NCBI RefSeq assembly: GCF_009914755.1
Contig: NC_060928.1
Reading direction: 5' to 3' (one strand)
From: the human T2T-CHM13v2.0 reference genome, Homo sapiens
Length of the DNA stretch: 64,000 nt
The first letter of the stretch is position 1, and the number at the start of each line of letters is the position of its first letter. The translations under genes were made by a program, and so were the position numbers. The notes under the pieces were generated by a model. It saw only the letters and a list, made by a program, of their open reading frames with translations. It ran no database searches and was not told where the DNA came from. This document shows positions 20,316-57,961 of the stretch, one piece after another.

Positions 20316-21098
20316 TAACATTTTTAGTTTTTGTAGAAACGAGGTCTGACTCTTGTTGCCCAGGCTGGTCTTGAACTCCTGGGTTCAAATGATCCTCCCA
20401 CTTCAGCCTTCTAAAGTGCCGAGATTACAGGCATGAACCACCATGCCCAACCCAACTTTTTTAAACTACAAAAATAATGCATTTGTATTGCAAAACATTC
20501 AAACAACACAGAAACACATTGTTAAAGGTTCTCTTCTTTCCTTACTCCCTAACCACACACCACGGGAAGTAACCACTGCCAGCAATTTGTTCAATGTTCA
20601 AATTTTTTTCTATGTATATATGTACACATAACATATACATACATATAGTGATTTTTGAATCGTATTATTACATTTAGTTTCAGTTATTATTTCTCAATAA
20701 TCAAAATGTAAAAGCATACTGTTTTTATTTCACTCATTTCCATATTTTTTTCTCCTGTTAGACACCATAGATCATCTAAAGGCAGGGGCTACCTTGTTTT
20801 TCTAAATGTCTATTACAGTGCCTTGTATTTGTTAAATAAATGTTTGTAGACTTGAATTTAAATAAATAAAGTAAATGGATGAAGAGTGACAAAAGGGATA
20901 AAATAATAGCTGGAGGTTGAAGGAAACTCAGACAAATAAAAGTGACTTATCTAAACATGTTTTTGTTGATGTATATAACTTTGTGTAATGAACAGGATGA
21001 AACGTAAGGTAATGCTGATGAATTCTCCATTTGATTGGGTTCTGAGGGGCACCCCAGGTGGTGAAGTGGGATGCAGGCATAATCAAAACTATGACTCC

Positions 21099-33518
<12,420 letters not shown>

Positions 33519-33839
33519 TCACTGCTATGTATCTTCTTATGTAGAGGAGGAAACCCTACACACTACCCCAAGAGGGCCCAGGAAGGGAGCCAGGCAGAGG
33601 GGAAATAAGAGCCTAGACTAGGCTTTCTGCCAGCCTCCAGCTCTCCTGTAGCAGAAGTTTTAGGTTGGAAGCACTAGGGGCATAGAGAACAGACTTTGAG
33701 GTCATCAGGGCTCCCTGGCAGCTTTCCCCTGAATCACTGTACGCTGCATTAATTTTATCCATGAAAAGGCCATTTACCAGCCATGTTACAGCCCTTGTAA
33801 GTGAGGACAACAAAGATCAATAATATTTTCTTCTTTTAG

Positions 33840-34350
33840 GCTCACTCGAAAGTTTGGCATAACTACAACACACATTTCCGCCCACATCAGAAGGGTTGGT
33901 TATCGATCACGTTGGGATCTCATTGGATCGAGCCAAACCGGTCGGAAAACACGATGGATATATTCAAATGTCAACAATCCATGGTTTCTGTGCTTGGATG
34001 GTTTGCCAACCCTATCCATGGGGATGGCGACTATCCAGAGGGGATGAGAAAGAAGTTGTTCTCCGTTCTACCCATTTTCTCTGAAGCAGAGAAGCATGAG
34101 ATGAGAGGCACAGCTGATTTCTTTGCCTTTTCTTTTGGACCCAACAACTTCAAGCCCCTAAACACCATGGCTAAAATGGGACAAAATGTTTCACTTAATT
34201 TAAGAGAAGCGCTGAACTGGATTAAACTGGAATACAACAACCCTCGAATCTTGATTGCTGAGAATGGCTGGTTCACAGACAGTCGTGTGAAAACAGAAGA
34301 CACCACGGCCATCTACATGATGAAGAATTTCCTCAGCCAGGTGCTTCAAG
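33840..34350 (+). CDS. KLB: Beta-Klotho coding exon 2 (aa 276-446)
   Basis: Acceptor TTCTTTTAG|GCT CAC TCG (AHSKVW...); contains IAENG; donor CAAG|GTTGGT; 511 nt. Confidence 0.98.
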
Positions 34351-34419
34351 GTTGGTTGTACACTTGCTTAATTTTTTAAAAATTCTAAAAACTTACAGGA
34401 TATTTAAAGTCACCTTTGA

Positions 34420-40790
<6,371 letters not shown>

Positions 40791-41299
40791 CCCTGTGGAT
40801 ATTTAAACAAGACTTTAGCAAGAGCTCAGGGTGATTAAAGGGGGAAAGTTATAGAGAGCAGAATAAACAGTGTCTCATCTTCAGCTTGTGTCCCCTCCAG
40901 AGCCAGTTCCTACCTCTTCCTTCACATGGCAGAGGCAGAAGAGTTCAATACTATTCATATTCAAATTTTGCTAAGTGCTCCAAAAATGTCTTTTTCCCTA
41001 TCACTTTAATTGGGTTTATATATTTCAAAATTCCAGACCTAGCAAAGACCCCAGGAGATATAAGAGTTTCTTTGCCTGCCTGTATGGGAGACCCAACCTA
41101 CAAGATCCTGCTTCAGCTAAAACCCACCTGTTCCTCAGATACTGTGAATGTCTGCCCCTTCTACATTTCAGAGCAAGAATTGATCATGAGGTCAGGAAAA
41201 GCAGTTCTGTGATCTGTCAGGTCTGGGTTTCATACTCATCTCTGGAGCCCAGCAAAGAGCCAGATTCATTTGAACCACTTGGATTAAGAATGAGGATAA

Positions 41300-41396
41300 G
41301 GCTGATCTGAGTGTGGTGGTGTTTACAACTTGCTGGTTACAACCAGTTACAGATTTCTGTTCCTTCTCTACTCCCACTGCTTCATTTGGCTAGCCC
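41300..41396 (+). pseudogene. Y3 RNA (RNY3) retropseudogene followed by an (AAAT)n tail to ~41445
   Basis: GGCTGATCTGAGTGTGGTGGTGTTTACAAC...ACAACCAGTTACAGATTTCTGTTCCTTCTCTACTCCCACTGCTTCATTTGGCTAGCC aligns end to end with hY3. Confidence 0.9.
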
Positions 41397-41401
41397 AAAC
41401 A

Positions 41402-41444
<43 letters not shown>

Positions 41445-41533
41445 AGATGAATGGTTTGCCAAGAAAAATTACGGTGCTTTTTGAAAAATCAGCCAATAAA
41501 TATATGTATAGACACTGTGTACACAGAAAACTA

Positions 41534-45930
<4,397 letters not shown>

Positions 45931-45977
45931 TCCATCTGCCAGCGCATGCTTGACCTAAATGAGCTTGTTTTTCACAG

Positions 45978-47121
45978 CCCGAGTCTGTGGCTTCGTCCCC
46001 ACAGTTCAGCGATCCTCATCTGTACGTGTGGAACGCCACTGGCAACAGACTGTTGCACCGAGTGGAAGGGGTGAGGCTGAAAACACGACCCGCTCAATGC
46101 ACAGATTTTGTAAACATCAAAAAACAACTTGAGATGTTGGCAAGAATGAAAGTCACCCACTACCGGTTTGCTCTGGATTGGGCCTCGGTCCTTCCCACTG
46201 GCAACCTGTCCGCGGTGAACCGACAGGCCCTGAGGTACTACAGGTGCGTGGTCAGTGAGGGGCTGAAGCTTGGCATCTCCGCGATGGTCACCCTGTATTA
46301 TCCGACCCACGCCCACCTAGGCCTCCCCGAGCCTCTGTTGCATGCCGACGGGTGGCTGAACCCATCGACGGCCGAGGCCTTCCAGGCCTACGCTGGGCTG
46401 TGCTTCCAGGAGCTGGGGGACCTGGTGAAGCTCTGGATCACCATCAACGAGCCTAACCGGCTAAGTGACATCTACAACCGCTCTGGCAACGACACCTACG
46501 GGGCGGCGCACAACCTGCTGGTGGCCCACGCCCTGGCCTGGCGCCTCTACGACCGGCAGTTCAGGCCGTCACAGCGCGGGGCCGTGTCGCTGTCGCTGCA
46601 CGCGGACTGGGCGGAACCCGCCAACCCCTATGCTGACTCGCACTGGAGGGCGGCCGAGCGCTTCCTGCAGTTCGAGATCGCCTGGTTCGCCGAGCCGCTC
46701 TTCAAGACCGGGGACTACCCCGCGGCCATGAGGGAATACATTGCCTCCAAGCACCGACGGGGGCTTTCCAGCTCGGCCCTGCCGCGCCTCACCGAGGCCG
46801 AAAGGAGGCTGCTCAAGGGCACGGTCGACTTCTGCGCGCTCAACCACTTCACCACTAGGTTCGTGATGCACGAGCAGCTGGCCGGCAGCCGCTACGACTC
46901 GGACAGGGACATCCAGTTTCTGCAGGACATCACCCGCCTGAGCTCCCCCACGCGCCTGGCTGTGATTCCCTGGGGGGTGCGCAAGCTGCTGCGGTGGGTC
47001 CGGAGGAACTACGGCGACATGGACATTTACATCACCGCCAGTGGCATCGACGACCAGGCTCTGGAGGATGACCGGCTCCGGAAGTACTACCTAGGGAAGT
47101 ACCTTCAGGAGGTGCTGAAAG
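45978..47121 (+). CDS. KLB: Beta-Klotho coding exon 4 (aa 536-917; GH1-like domain 2)
   Basis: Acceptor TTTTTCACAG|CCC GAG; WITINEP and YITASG motifs; donor AAAG|GTAAGG; 1144 nt. Confidence 0.99.
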
Positions 47122-47135
47122 GTAAGGGCGGGGCC
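46200..47135. promoter_or_regulatory. Intragenic CpG island overlapping KLB exon 4
   Basis: Dense CpG and high GC relative to the AT-rich flanks (by eye). Confidence 0.75.
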
Positions 47136-47946
47136 CCTTCAGACACAGGGCAGAGCGAGATTCCTGTTACCTGACAAGAACAAAGAATGGGAGCAGCAGG
47201 CTGGTGCCTGACAGCATCCAATTTGTGGCACCCAAGTCCTGTCAATTGAATTTTGTCCTGAAAACTGGCCTATGGGATTTTTGAAAAAATTTTAAAATCA
47301 TAAAAGTAACACACACCAATTATAGAAAACTGGGCACGTGGAGAAGTTTTTAAAAAATCACCTGAAATCTCACTCCCCAGGATAAACAGTCACTATTTTG
47401 GGTTACTTATTTTCACCATGCTTGCTAGGCTCTAAAAAAATGGTTGTGGGTAAACAGGTGTATAAATTTATGGGATGCATGAAATGTTTCGATACAAGCA
47501 TGCAATGTGAAATAACCACATCATGGTAGCTTAAGCGAGCGACAGTGAGTGAGTGGGTAAAACCAACTGTGATTCCTGGGCTGCACCAAGAGCACATCTG
47601 AGGTTCACAATCAGGCCAAATAGGCAACGTTTTTCTGCTTGTGACCCTTTAAACAAAAGTGACAACCTTCATTGCTCTGCTCCTTAAATTTGCTTTTTCC
47701 TCCAAGAGTTTTTGGATTATTTATGGATCAAGTTTCACTACAAATTTTTCAGACTTAAATTATACATATTTTCACCTTCTCCTTTACATAGATCATAAAA
47801 GAATAAATGTCAAAAAAAACCCTCTAATAAAAATCACTACCTTTATTATAGGCATAATTTTAGCTTGTTTCAATGAAAACTAAATTCTTCCTCAAAGATA
47901 CTTCATAGTCCATTTGTGATTAATGTTAATTTCTTATCTTTTTCAG

Positions 47947-48332
47947 CATACCTGATTGATAAAGTCAGAATCAAAGGCTATTATGCATTCAAACTGGCTG
48001 AAGAGAAATCTAAACCCAGATTTGGATTCTTCACATCTGATTTTAAAGCTAAATCCTCAATACAATTTTACAACAAAGTGATCAGCAGCAGGGGCTTCCC
48101 TTTTGAGAACAGTAGTTCTAGATGCAGTCAGACCCAAGAAAATACAGAGTGCACTGTCTGCTTATTCCTTGTGCAGAAGAAACCACTGATATTCCTGGGT
48201 TGTTGCTTCTTCTCCACCCTGGTTCTACTCTTATCAATTGCCATTTTTCAAAGGAAGAAGAGAAGAAAGTTTTGGAAAGCAAAAAACTTACAACACATAC
48301 CATTAAAGAAAGGCAAGAGAGTTGTTAGCTAA
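47947..48332 (+). CDS. KLB: Beta-Klotho coding exon 5 (aa 917-1044; TM helix and basic cytoplasmic tail)
   Basis: Acceptor TTTTTCAG|CA TAC; TM segment [21 protein letters not shown]; stop TAA ends at 48332. The five exons sum to 3135 nt. Confidence 0.99.
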
Positions 48333-48657
48333 ACTGATCTGTCTGCATGATAGACAGTTTAAAAATTCATCCCAGTTCCATATGCTGGTAACTTACAGGA
48401 GATATACCTGTATTATAGAAAGACAATCTGAGATACAGCTGTAACCAAGGTGATGACAATTGTCTCTGCTGTGTGGTTCAAAGAACATTCCCTTAGGTGT
48501 TGACATCAGTGAACTCAGTTCTTGGATGTAAACATAAAGGCTTCATCCTGACAGTAAGCTATGAGGATTACATGCTACATTGCTTCTTAAAGTTTCATCA
48601 ACTGTATTCCATCATTCTGCTTTAGCTTTCATCTCTACCAATAGCTACTTGTGGTAC

Positions 48658-48663
48658 AATAAA
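48658..48663 (+). terminator. KLB: Proximal KLB polyA signal (AATAAA)
   Basis: Canonical hexamer 326 nt after the stop, with upstream TGTA elements. Confidence 0.5.
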
Positions 48664-48688
48664 TTATTTTTAAGAAGTAAAACTCTGG

Positions 48689-49636
<948 letters not shown>

Positions 49637-51143
49637 TCACAGGATGAAGGAAAGCTAGACTCAACTCTGTGAATAGAAGTTGCTATACTGTAAGTAAAGC
49701 AACAATTCAGAATACTGAATGAGTTTAAATTGTTTTATATAGCACCCTTTTGGGCTAGGGTTAATTACTAGATCTGACTTGGATAATTTGACACTTTGGG
49801 AAATGAACTCTGTTCTTGAGACTTATTCAGTGTATTTTAAACATCTGAGGAAGAAAACTTAAATATGCACCTATTTATACCTATTCTTTCTTTAGGTCAA
49901 CATTTAACACCCACTGCATACATTAATTTGTCCTTGTCTGCTCACTCCAGCAATTTAGACCTTAACAGTCACAAGAGACGTTCTTCTGTTACAAAGCCTT
50001 AGTAAATTAAGGCAGTTTTGATTATATTCTAGGTCCACCTATGTCTGAAGCTAAATTCAGTATCTAACTGCTAATGAACAAGTTTCCAAAATACTGTAAA
50101 AATACAATTAGTCAATTTGAGTAAATGCAAATATGATGAGAAATCAATTTACTATTTGGCCTGGCAAATGGGAACAGTAAAATTCTGCTTTACTCTTCTC
50201 TAGTCTCCTTGCCCCAGCTGCACCCACTACCCCAAAGTTGGCAGTTTTGAGGTATGATTTTCAAGGAATTTTTTTAGTATTAACATCTCCCTCTGAGAAC
50301 TATGTACCTAAGGTCACGCATACAACTAGTCAATTCTGTTTTTATTACTCTAACTATGTAGAAACAGTAAGTCACTTAAAACAATCACTTGGCTGGGTTT
50401 TTTCCCCTTTGTGCCACATTGATTCACCCTGACCCAAGAACTCCAGGGAAAATTCTTTCATGTCAACTGGGCAACTCATTAACCTCTCTTTAACATCAAG
50501 GGCTTGGGAAAAAAAAAAAAAAAGGTCAGCCACAGGAATAACAAAAACCTGGAATTTATCTTTCAGGTTTTGCTTTCTCTTTCTCACTTTGTTTAAAGTA
50601 TCTCGTACTCACAGTTCACAAATTAACCTTCACTGTCTCTTTCACATTAAGAGCTTATGCTTAAAGCATGCCCCCCTTTTCTAACTTGCTGGTTTACCAT
50701 AAACTCCCCTAAGTAATAAAATTCCTAACCCAGTACTGAGAGTCCTCCTTCTCTGCCACTTGGGCATTATTTTACTAGTTTTTAAGCCATCATCGCACAA
50801 GAATCCAAAAACCCTTAAATTTTTTAACCACTGGCAAATATGTACAGCAAATTAGGTTAAGCATTTAATCTGGCTCATGCTCTATCATACTAAATATTCA
50901 GGTTTATCATAAACTCCTTAAAAACCATCAAAGGTCAACCAGAAACTGATAACTCTTGAAAGGAGCAAACACGTAAGATCTTTGGAGTTTAAGCTTTTCT
51001 GAGATGTGTTGTGAAAAATCTAACGTGTTTATCGTATATTCAATGTAACAACCTGGAGAATCACAACTATATTTAAAGAGCCTCTGGAAAATGAGGCCAG
51101 TACAGTGTGACTACATGTTTAATTTTCAATGTAATTTATTCCA

Positions 51144-51149
51144 AATAAA
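51144..51149 (+). terminator. KLB: Distal KLB polyA signal (AATAAA)
   Basis: Hexamer with TGTA just upstream and GU-rich sequence downstream; implies a ~2.8 kb 3'UTR. Confidence 0.7.
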
Positions 51150-51337
51150 CTGGTTCATGCTGACCACTTGTATTCAACTAACAACCTGGTCAATTTTAAG
51201 AACTGTTGAATGTGAATGGGTTTGGCATTGTAAATGGGCTCTGCCCCAAGACTGCCTCCCCTGAATCCCTTTCTGCCTAGTTGTGCACCAACTTGGTATG
51301 TTACTTCTGGGTATATTTTCTCAAAAAATGTGGCTCA

Positions 51338-51445
<108 letters not shown>

Positions 51446-51448
51446 CTA

Positions 51449-51598
<150 letters not shown>

Positions 51599-53776
51599 TC
51601 AAAAATATGTGGACACCTACATCTAAAAATTGCAAAAATAGTGCACAAGTGCTTATCCATAGTAGACACAGAAGACAATAATTAAGTTTTCCCTGAAGAA
51701 CTAGGCTCATTTGTTATACCCAAGTTATTAAAAAAAAAAAATCACTGTTTAGCTACACTCTCTTAAGTTACCTTATGAAGGTCAGACCCAGCATGCCAGT
51801 CCATTTCATGCTCAAAGGAATCTCATTTACTCCCACAGCAGCTACTCCCCATAAGCTGATCCTCTCATGAGCATCTCCACCCCACTAGAATATTGCCACT
51901 TGGAAATTTCTCCCACAAGCCTCATGCTGTTTTGAAATCCTGTCAATACCTTCCCAAAATCTCTCTCTTCCAGTCCCACTGCTATTACTGAGTTCCTTGG
52001 CAATCCAGGAAACAGCTACATGCCATTGTTCTGGTAGCTGGAATACACCAGAGTACAAAATTACCTCCTTGTGAAGGTTACATCCTAGCAGAAAAAAACA
52101 CATCATCAATACACAACCAATTGTAAATATTAAAATTACAAATGCTATTGACAAAAACAAGTGGAGAAGGGTAACGAGACAGTAGGACAAGCTTAAGGAG
52201 CCGGTCTACTATTTTTAATACGGCGGTCAAGGCAGGATTCACTGAATAGACCTGAAGGTAAGTGAAATTAGCCACACAGCTCAGCTGAGAGCATTCCAAA
52301 GGGAAAACGACAACTTAAATACTTAATGACAGAGTACTTGGTATAGAGAATTAGCCAGGTCAATTCAGCTATAGCGCAGAAGTCAGAAAAATTGAGTTAA
52401 AAACGGCTGCAGGTACAATGGGGAGGCTATTTTAAAAAGAAAAAAGGGAAAAAAAACCTGTTGCAGGATTTGAAACAGTGCTATAATCCATTTCAAAATC
52501 AGTACCCTGGCTGATGCTGAAAATAGACAGGAGAGGAAGATGACCAGTTGACTGTCACAATAATCCAGGTGAACTTCGCAGGTCTTTGTTTCATTTTCTA
52601 CATTGTAAAAAATTTGTATCTAATGGACCCATATTTCCCAACCTTTCGAGGATGTGATCTTACTTCACGTTGATCCCATTCATCGCCTACAACCCCATCC
52701 GTTATTTCTGAGCAAATCCGAGATTTATGATTTCCTCCAAATTTCTTAAAAACCTAACCAAATAGTCATCAAACAACAAGACTCCTTAATGTATGTTCAA
52801 TTAGTGTACTTGAATCCAGATCTAAGACGTATAGGGCATGGTGACCCATGCCTGTAGTTCCAGCCCTCTGGGAGGCCAAAGAGGAACACTTAAGGCCAGG
52901 AGTTCAAGACCAGCCTGGGAAACATGAGACCCCATCCATACTTTAAAAAAAAAAAAAAAAAAGATGTGACGGTGCCTGCCTGTAGTCCTTGCTACTAAGG
53001 AGGCTGAAGCAGGTAGGATTATTGCTTGAGTCCAGTAGGTTGAAGTTACAGAGCTATGACTATGGCACTGTATTCCAGCCTGGGCAACTGAGTAAGACAT
53101 TGTAAGATCCAAGATAACATATATGCCAACTGATCGTGACCTCTGTCCTTATATTTACTTTTTCTGATAAAGTACCTGACCATACCTTACAATGAAGGTA
53201 CTTAGTACGTTTTCCTGACGCATTTGATCAAGGATGAATGTTAAATTTTGCCTTAGAAATTGCAGTTTCCATCAAATGAGATGTAGAATTCACAAAGGTT
53301 TGGGGGTCACCATGTTGACCTAAGTCTAGTTATGGTGGCCTTGTACCATATTTAAAGTATAACACATGGAATTAAGAGATTATGGAAGGGTTATCAATTT
53401 TTAAAAGCAAGTTCTAGGGTATGGAAGTAAATGGCTGAGGTAAAGGACAAGATTATTGAGACCATGAACCAAACCAACTACACCTTCTAATTCTAACTGA
53501 TGCTGTATCACTCTGTTCTACTCCTCAGCTGTTTCTCCACCAGTGACTAAGACAACATTTGCCTTACCAAATATTCAAATTCATGCCTCAGCAAATTTAG
53601 ACACTTTCAGGGTATTCCTAAAGTTCTATATGCAATGATGAATGGCCTCATGTTTGCCTGTCACTGGTACAATATTCCTCTTGCCTAAAATATATCCTTG
53701 CTATTCCTTCAAGAACCAGATTAAAGCTCCTTGTTCCACGAGGGAAAAAAACTAGCTAAAAAGGATAACCGGTTTA

Positions 53777-53874
53777 AGAAGAAGGTCCAAATCAATAGGT
53801 CTTTTATTGCATCATTTAAATATCACAAGTAGGTCTTAAGTGTCATCTGGCATCTTCTTTCTGTAGCCAGGTAA
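53777..53874 (-). other. RPL9: RPL9 non-coding last exon (3'UTR) with AATAAA at 53808-53803
   Basis: Acceptor TTTTTTACAG|TTACC on the minus strand; canonical polyA signal; 3' end approximate. Confidence 0.85.
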
Positions 53875-54191
53875 CTGTAAAAAAAGAAAAAAAATCTGTA
53901 AATCCCCATCAATACACTTGCCCAGGAAAGTACTAATCTTTTTTCTGTACTATTCTAAATAATCTAAAACATACCTCAAGACTATGACTTACTGATTCAT
54001 AGTAAACTATACGTAGTAAAATGCATGCCAATTCCATCTTTTATTCTGTCAAATTTACTGTGTTCCAGAATGCTTAACTCTCCATTTTCTATTACTACAA
54101 ATTCAGTTTAAGTCTTTTAGTAAATTAAGAGCTTCATTCAACTAGAGCAGTAATAAAACTTAAGACACTGTAAGAACTTACCTCTTAGATC

Positions 54192-54329
<138 letters not shown>

Positions 54330-54512
54330 TCAGCCTAACCCATCTTAAAAAGAAAGTATTTCATTATGTGCTGTACTTAAAATTTCAGAATGTGACCTTT
54401 TTATTTTCACAATTTAAAAAACTAATCAAATAAAAATTAGCAAAATACTGTATTTTAAACAAGATTTAGACAAAATCTTGTAGGCATAGTTAGACATAGT
54501 AAACATACAAAC

Positions 54513-54593
54513 CTGAATTTGAAACAAGCTCAATGTCATTTCCTTCAAGGATTAATTCATCTTTCTGGGCTTGAGATACTGAACAAGCAACAC
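54513..54593 (-). CDS. RPL9: RPL9 exon 6
   Basis: [27 protein letters not shown]; AG/GT bounded; 81 nt. Confidence 0.98.
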
Positions 54594-56055
54594 CTAAAAG
54601 GGGAGAGGGCATTTGCACAGCATCAAATCTGTGTAAAAAATATTTAAATTGCAGAGGCACTAATTTATTCCATGTAAAACTCCATGCACCAAAAGAACCT
54701 TTTCTTAAGATTTTGAGGCCGGGCACAGTGGCTCACGCCTGTAATCTCAGCACTTTGGGAGGCCGAGGCGGGCGGATCATGAGGTCAGGAGATCGAAACC
54801 ATCCTGGCTAACACTGTGAAACCCATCTCTAGTAAAAATACAAAAAATTAGCTGGGTGTGGTGGTACGTGCCTATACTCCCAGCTACTCAGGAGGCTGAG
54901 GCAGGAGAATCGCTTGAAGCCAGGAGGCAGGGGTTTATTTTTAACATAAGCGTTTTCATTAAATGTTGCTGACCATAGCTAGTATCAGAGTATTTCTGGA
55001 CAGCCATTATTTTGATACTAAGAATCTCCCTTCTTCCCACCCCTCCCCACCCCAATGGAATCAAAATGCATCAAGAGGCCGAGCCAGGTATGTTTTAAGA
55101 GGCCAAGGGGGAAGAACTGCTTGAGCCTGCAAGTTCAAGACCAGCCTGGACAACATAGCAAGACCCTGCCTCTACAAAAAATTTAAAAATTAGCTGGGGC
55201 CAGGCACCATAGCATTCCTTGAAATCAGCCTGGGCAACGTGGCGAAACAGTCTCTACAAAAAATCAAAAATCAGCTGGATGTGGTGGCAGGCACCTGCAG
55301 TGCCAGCTAGTGGGGAGGCTGAGGTGGGAGAAACACCTGAGCACGAAGGTGGAGGATGCAATGAGCTGAGATCACGCCACCGTACTCCAGCCTGGGCAAC
55401 AGAGCAAGACCCTGCCTCAAATAAAAAGCACTAAGCTTTAAATTTTTTTTAAAGCTACCGTGTTTACTATGTATTACGCATGCATTGTTGTTTTTCAACT
55501 TTAACTCATTTAATCAAAGATGTTTGCAATTTTAAGCTGCAGAGAGATGACATGCCCAAGGTGGACAGTGAGAGCTGAAATTTACGCTAGGCTATTAACC
55601 ACTACTCATGTAGTTTTCTCTTTAGATTTTAAAGGTTCTTACCACAAAGAAATAAATGGAGTGATGGATGTGTTAATTAGCCTGATTTAGTCATTCCACA
55701 GAATATGCATGTGTTGAAACATCACATTGTGCTCCATAAATACACACCATTATATACACCTTTTGTAAATTTAAAGTCTTTTTAAAAGATTTCATTTGCC
55801 AAGTTAAATACAACCACCACTGCAAGCTACTCCAATGTATCAACTTTCTGAAATTGTAATCGACATAATGATATAAACCCTTAAGTAGCACCAACAGTTG
55901 TAAGTGTAATCAAGAGATAATTCTAAAACAAATCTGGTTTTACTCAGCACAAACACAAAACAACAGCCAACTAAAGTATGGAAGTTGGGAGTGGAAAAGG
56001 AGGAAAAAAATATGAAGGAAAAATTTCTTAATTCTGTCTGAGGGTATGCACATAC

Positions 56056-56188
56056 CTGGTCTCATCCGAACCCTGCGGATGTATTTTTCACCCAAGAAAT
56101 TTCGGATTTCAACAAGAGACCCATTCTCCTGGATAACAACGTTGATGGGGAAGTGAGCATACACAGACCTCATCTTGTAACGGAAGCC
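56056..56188 (-). CDS. RPL9: RPL9 exon 5
   Basis: [17 protein letters not shown]...RMRP; 133 nt. Confidence 0.98.
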
Positions 56189-57126
56189 CTATGTTAAATA
56201 AATAAGCAAGCTATTAGCAATGCTGAGGAATATTTTTAATAGTTTTAAAATTTTCTAAGATGCTTATACTTATTTTAAAACGTAACACTCACTGCCAAGA
56301 TTTTCTAATAACTGTCACCTGAACCAAGCCTTATAAACATTGTTCTGTCTATTCAGTGGACTGTAAAGCTCCTTGCGGAGGCTTTATTTCACTAGCTCTT
56401 ATGCCCTCAATGAACAATGCTGCCTTCTTTTAATGAGAACCCCAAAGCCCTGATCTTAGACATTAGACTAACATTTACTGAGTTACTAAGGTACAGCACA
56501 TGGCAGGAATTGAGACCACCAAGCCAAAGGCAGGCCCCCTGCCTTCAAGGAACTTAAGGCTAAGAGCAAGGGTAGATGGGGGAATCTTAACAGATTTATA
56601 ATAGATGTACAGGGTGCCATTATCAGGTGCATTCTAGAAGGTATAATGCAAAGAAAACCATTTCAGCATGAACTTTTTATCTTGAGGGGAGAGACGGTGG
56701 GTTGGAAAGAATAATGACATACATTATGGCAGCAGACAGAAAACTCAGAAACTACATCTTTTTCTATCCCAACAAGGGGTCCTGATGGTGAGATTTGACT
56801 ACCAACTAGTACTGCAACTGTAGATTTCCTATCTTAAAGAATTCGGAAGGTATGAAAATTCATCATTAGCCTACTTTTTAAAAGTTGTACCCATCTAGCC
56901 ATGCATGGTGGCTCATGCCTGCAATCCCAGTACTATGGGAGGCCAAGGTGGGAGGATCACTTGAGCTCAGCCTGGACAAAATAGCGAGACCCCAGCCTTG
57001 ATTAAAAAAAAAAAAAAAACCCAACAACAGAAAAAAACAAACATGTTGTACCCATCTGGTCTTTGCTCTCAGCTCTATCGCTTAAAGACCCACAGATGCC
57101 TATTTTTGCCAAGTTCTTGCGTATTA

Positions 57127-57396
<270 letters not shown>

Positions 57397-57845
57397 TTAC
57401 CGAATTACTTTAAGATTCTAGAATTAACCCTTATCAAAGCACATGGTTTTCAACTGGAAAAATCCAACCACCTATAAAACCTCCCAACAGTTAAGCTTTG
57501 TAGAAGTTGCAACAAACTTCCCTTCTGGAAAATTAAATCATCAGGTTTAAATGACCTACTGCCGGTTCCTGTGATTTTTACAAAGCAATCACTAGGAAAA
57601 TAAACCAAACTTCTAACACCATTAAGACGTGTCACTGATGACCACTATTACATTTGAGCTTTATATAATTGGCTGTGTTCAGAATCTGGTTTTTCAATTT
57701 CACTGAACAGGCTGGTATTCTGGACAGCAACATTTAAAGCTGAAGCACTGAACCTCAATTCGAAAATTGTTAAAGCAACCAAATGTGATGCTGTTATAAA
57801 CCACCTTCCAACGAGCAACTGAATTATCAGAAGAAAAACCCTCAC

Positions 57846-57961
57846 CCTCTTTTTTTTCTTTCCAAGAAGGCTGAGTTCTACATTGATGTGATTGAAGTCC
57901 CTCCGCAGGGTTCCTCTGGGGCCCTTCACGATAACTGTGCGTCCCTTCAGAGTAATGTCGA
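57846..57961 (-). CDS. RPL9: RPL9 exon 3
   Basis: [23 protein letters not shown]...KKKKR; 116 nt. Confidence 0.98.

Noticed and set aside
45972-46871. Antisense and alternative-frame ORFs over KLB exon 4
   Set aside because: Expected from stop-codon scarcity in GC-rich coding sequence; no recognisable motifs.
56745-56866. Possible box C/D snoRNA in RPL9 intron 4 (minus: ATGATGA at 56866-56860, CTGA at 56748-56745)
   Set aside because: Terminal stem is weak and mis-registered, and I see no C'/D' boxes or rRNA-complementary guide. A snoReport/Infernal hit or fibrillarin CLIP signal would be needed.
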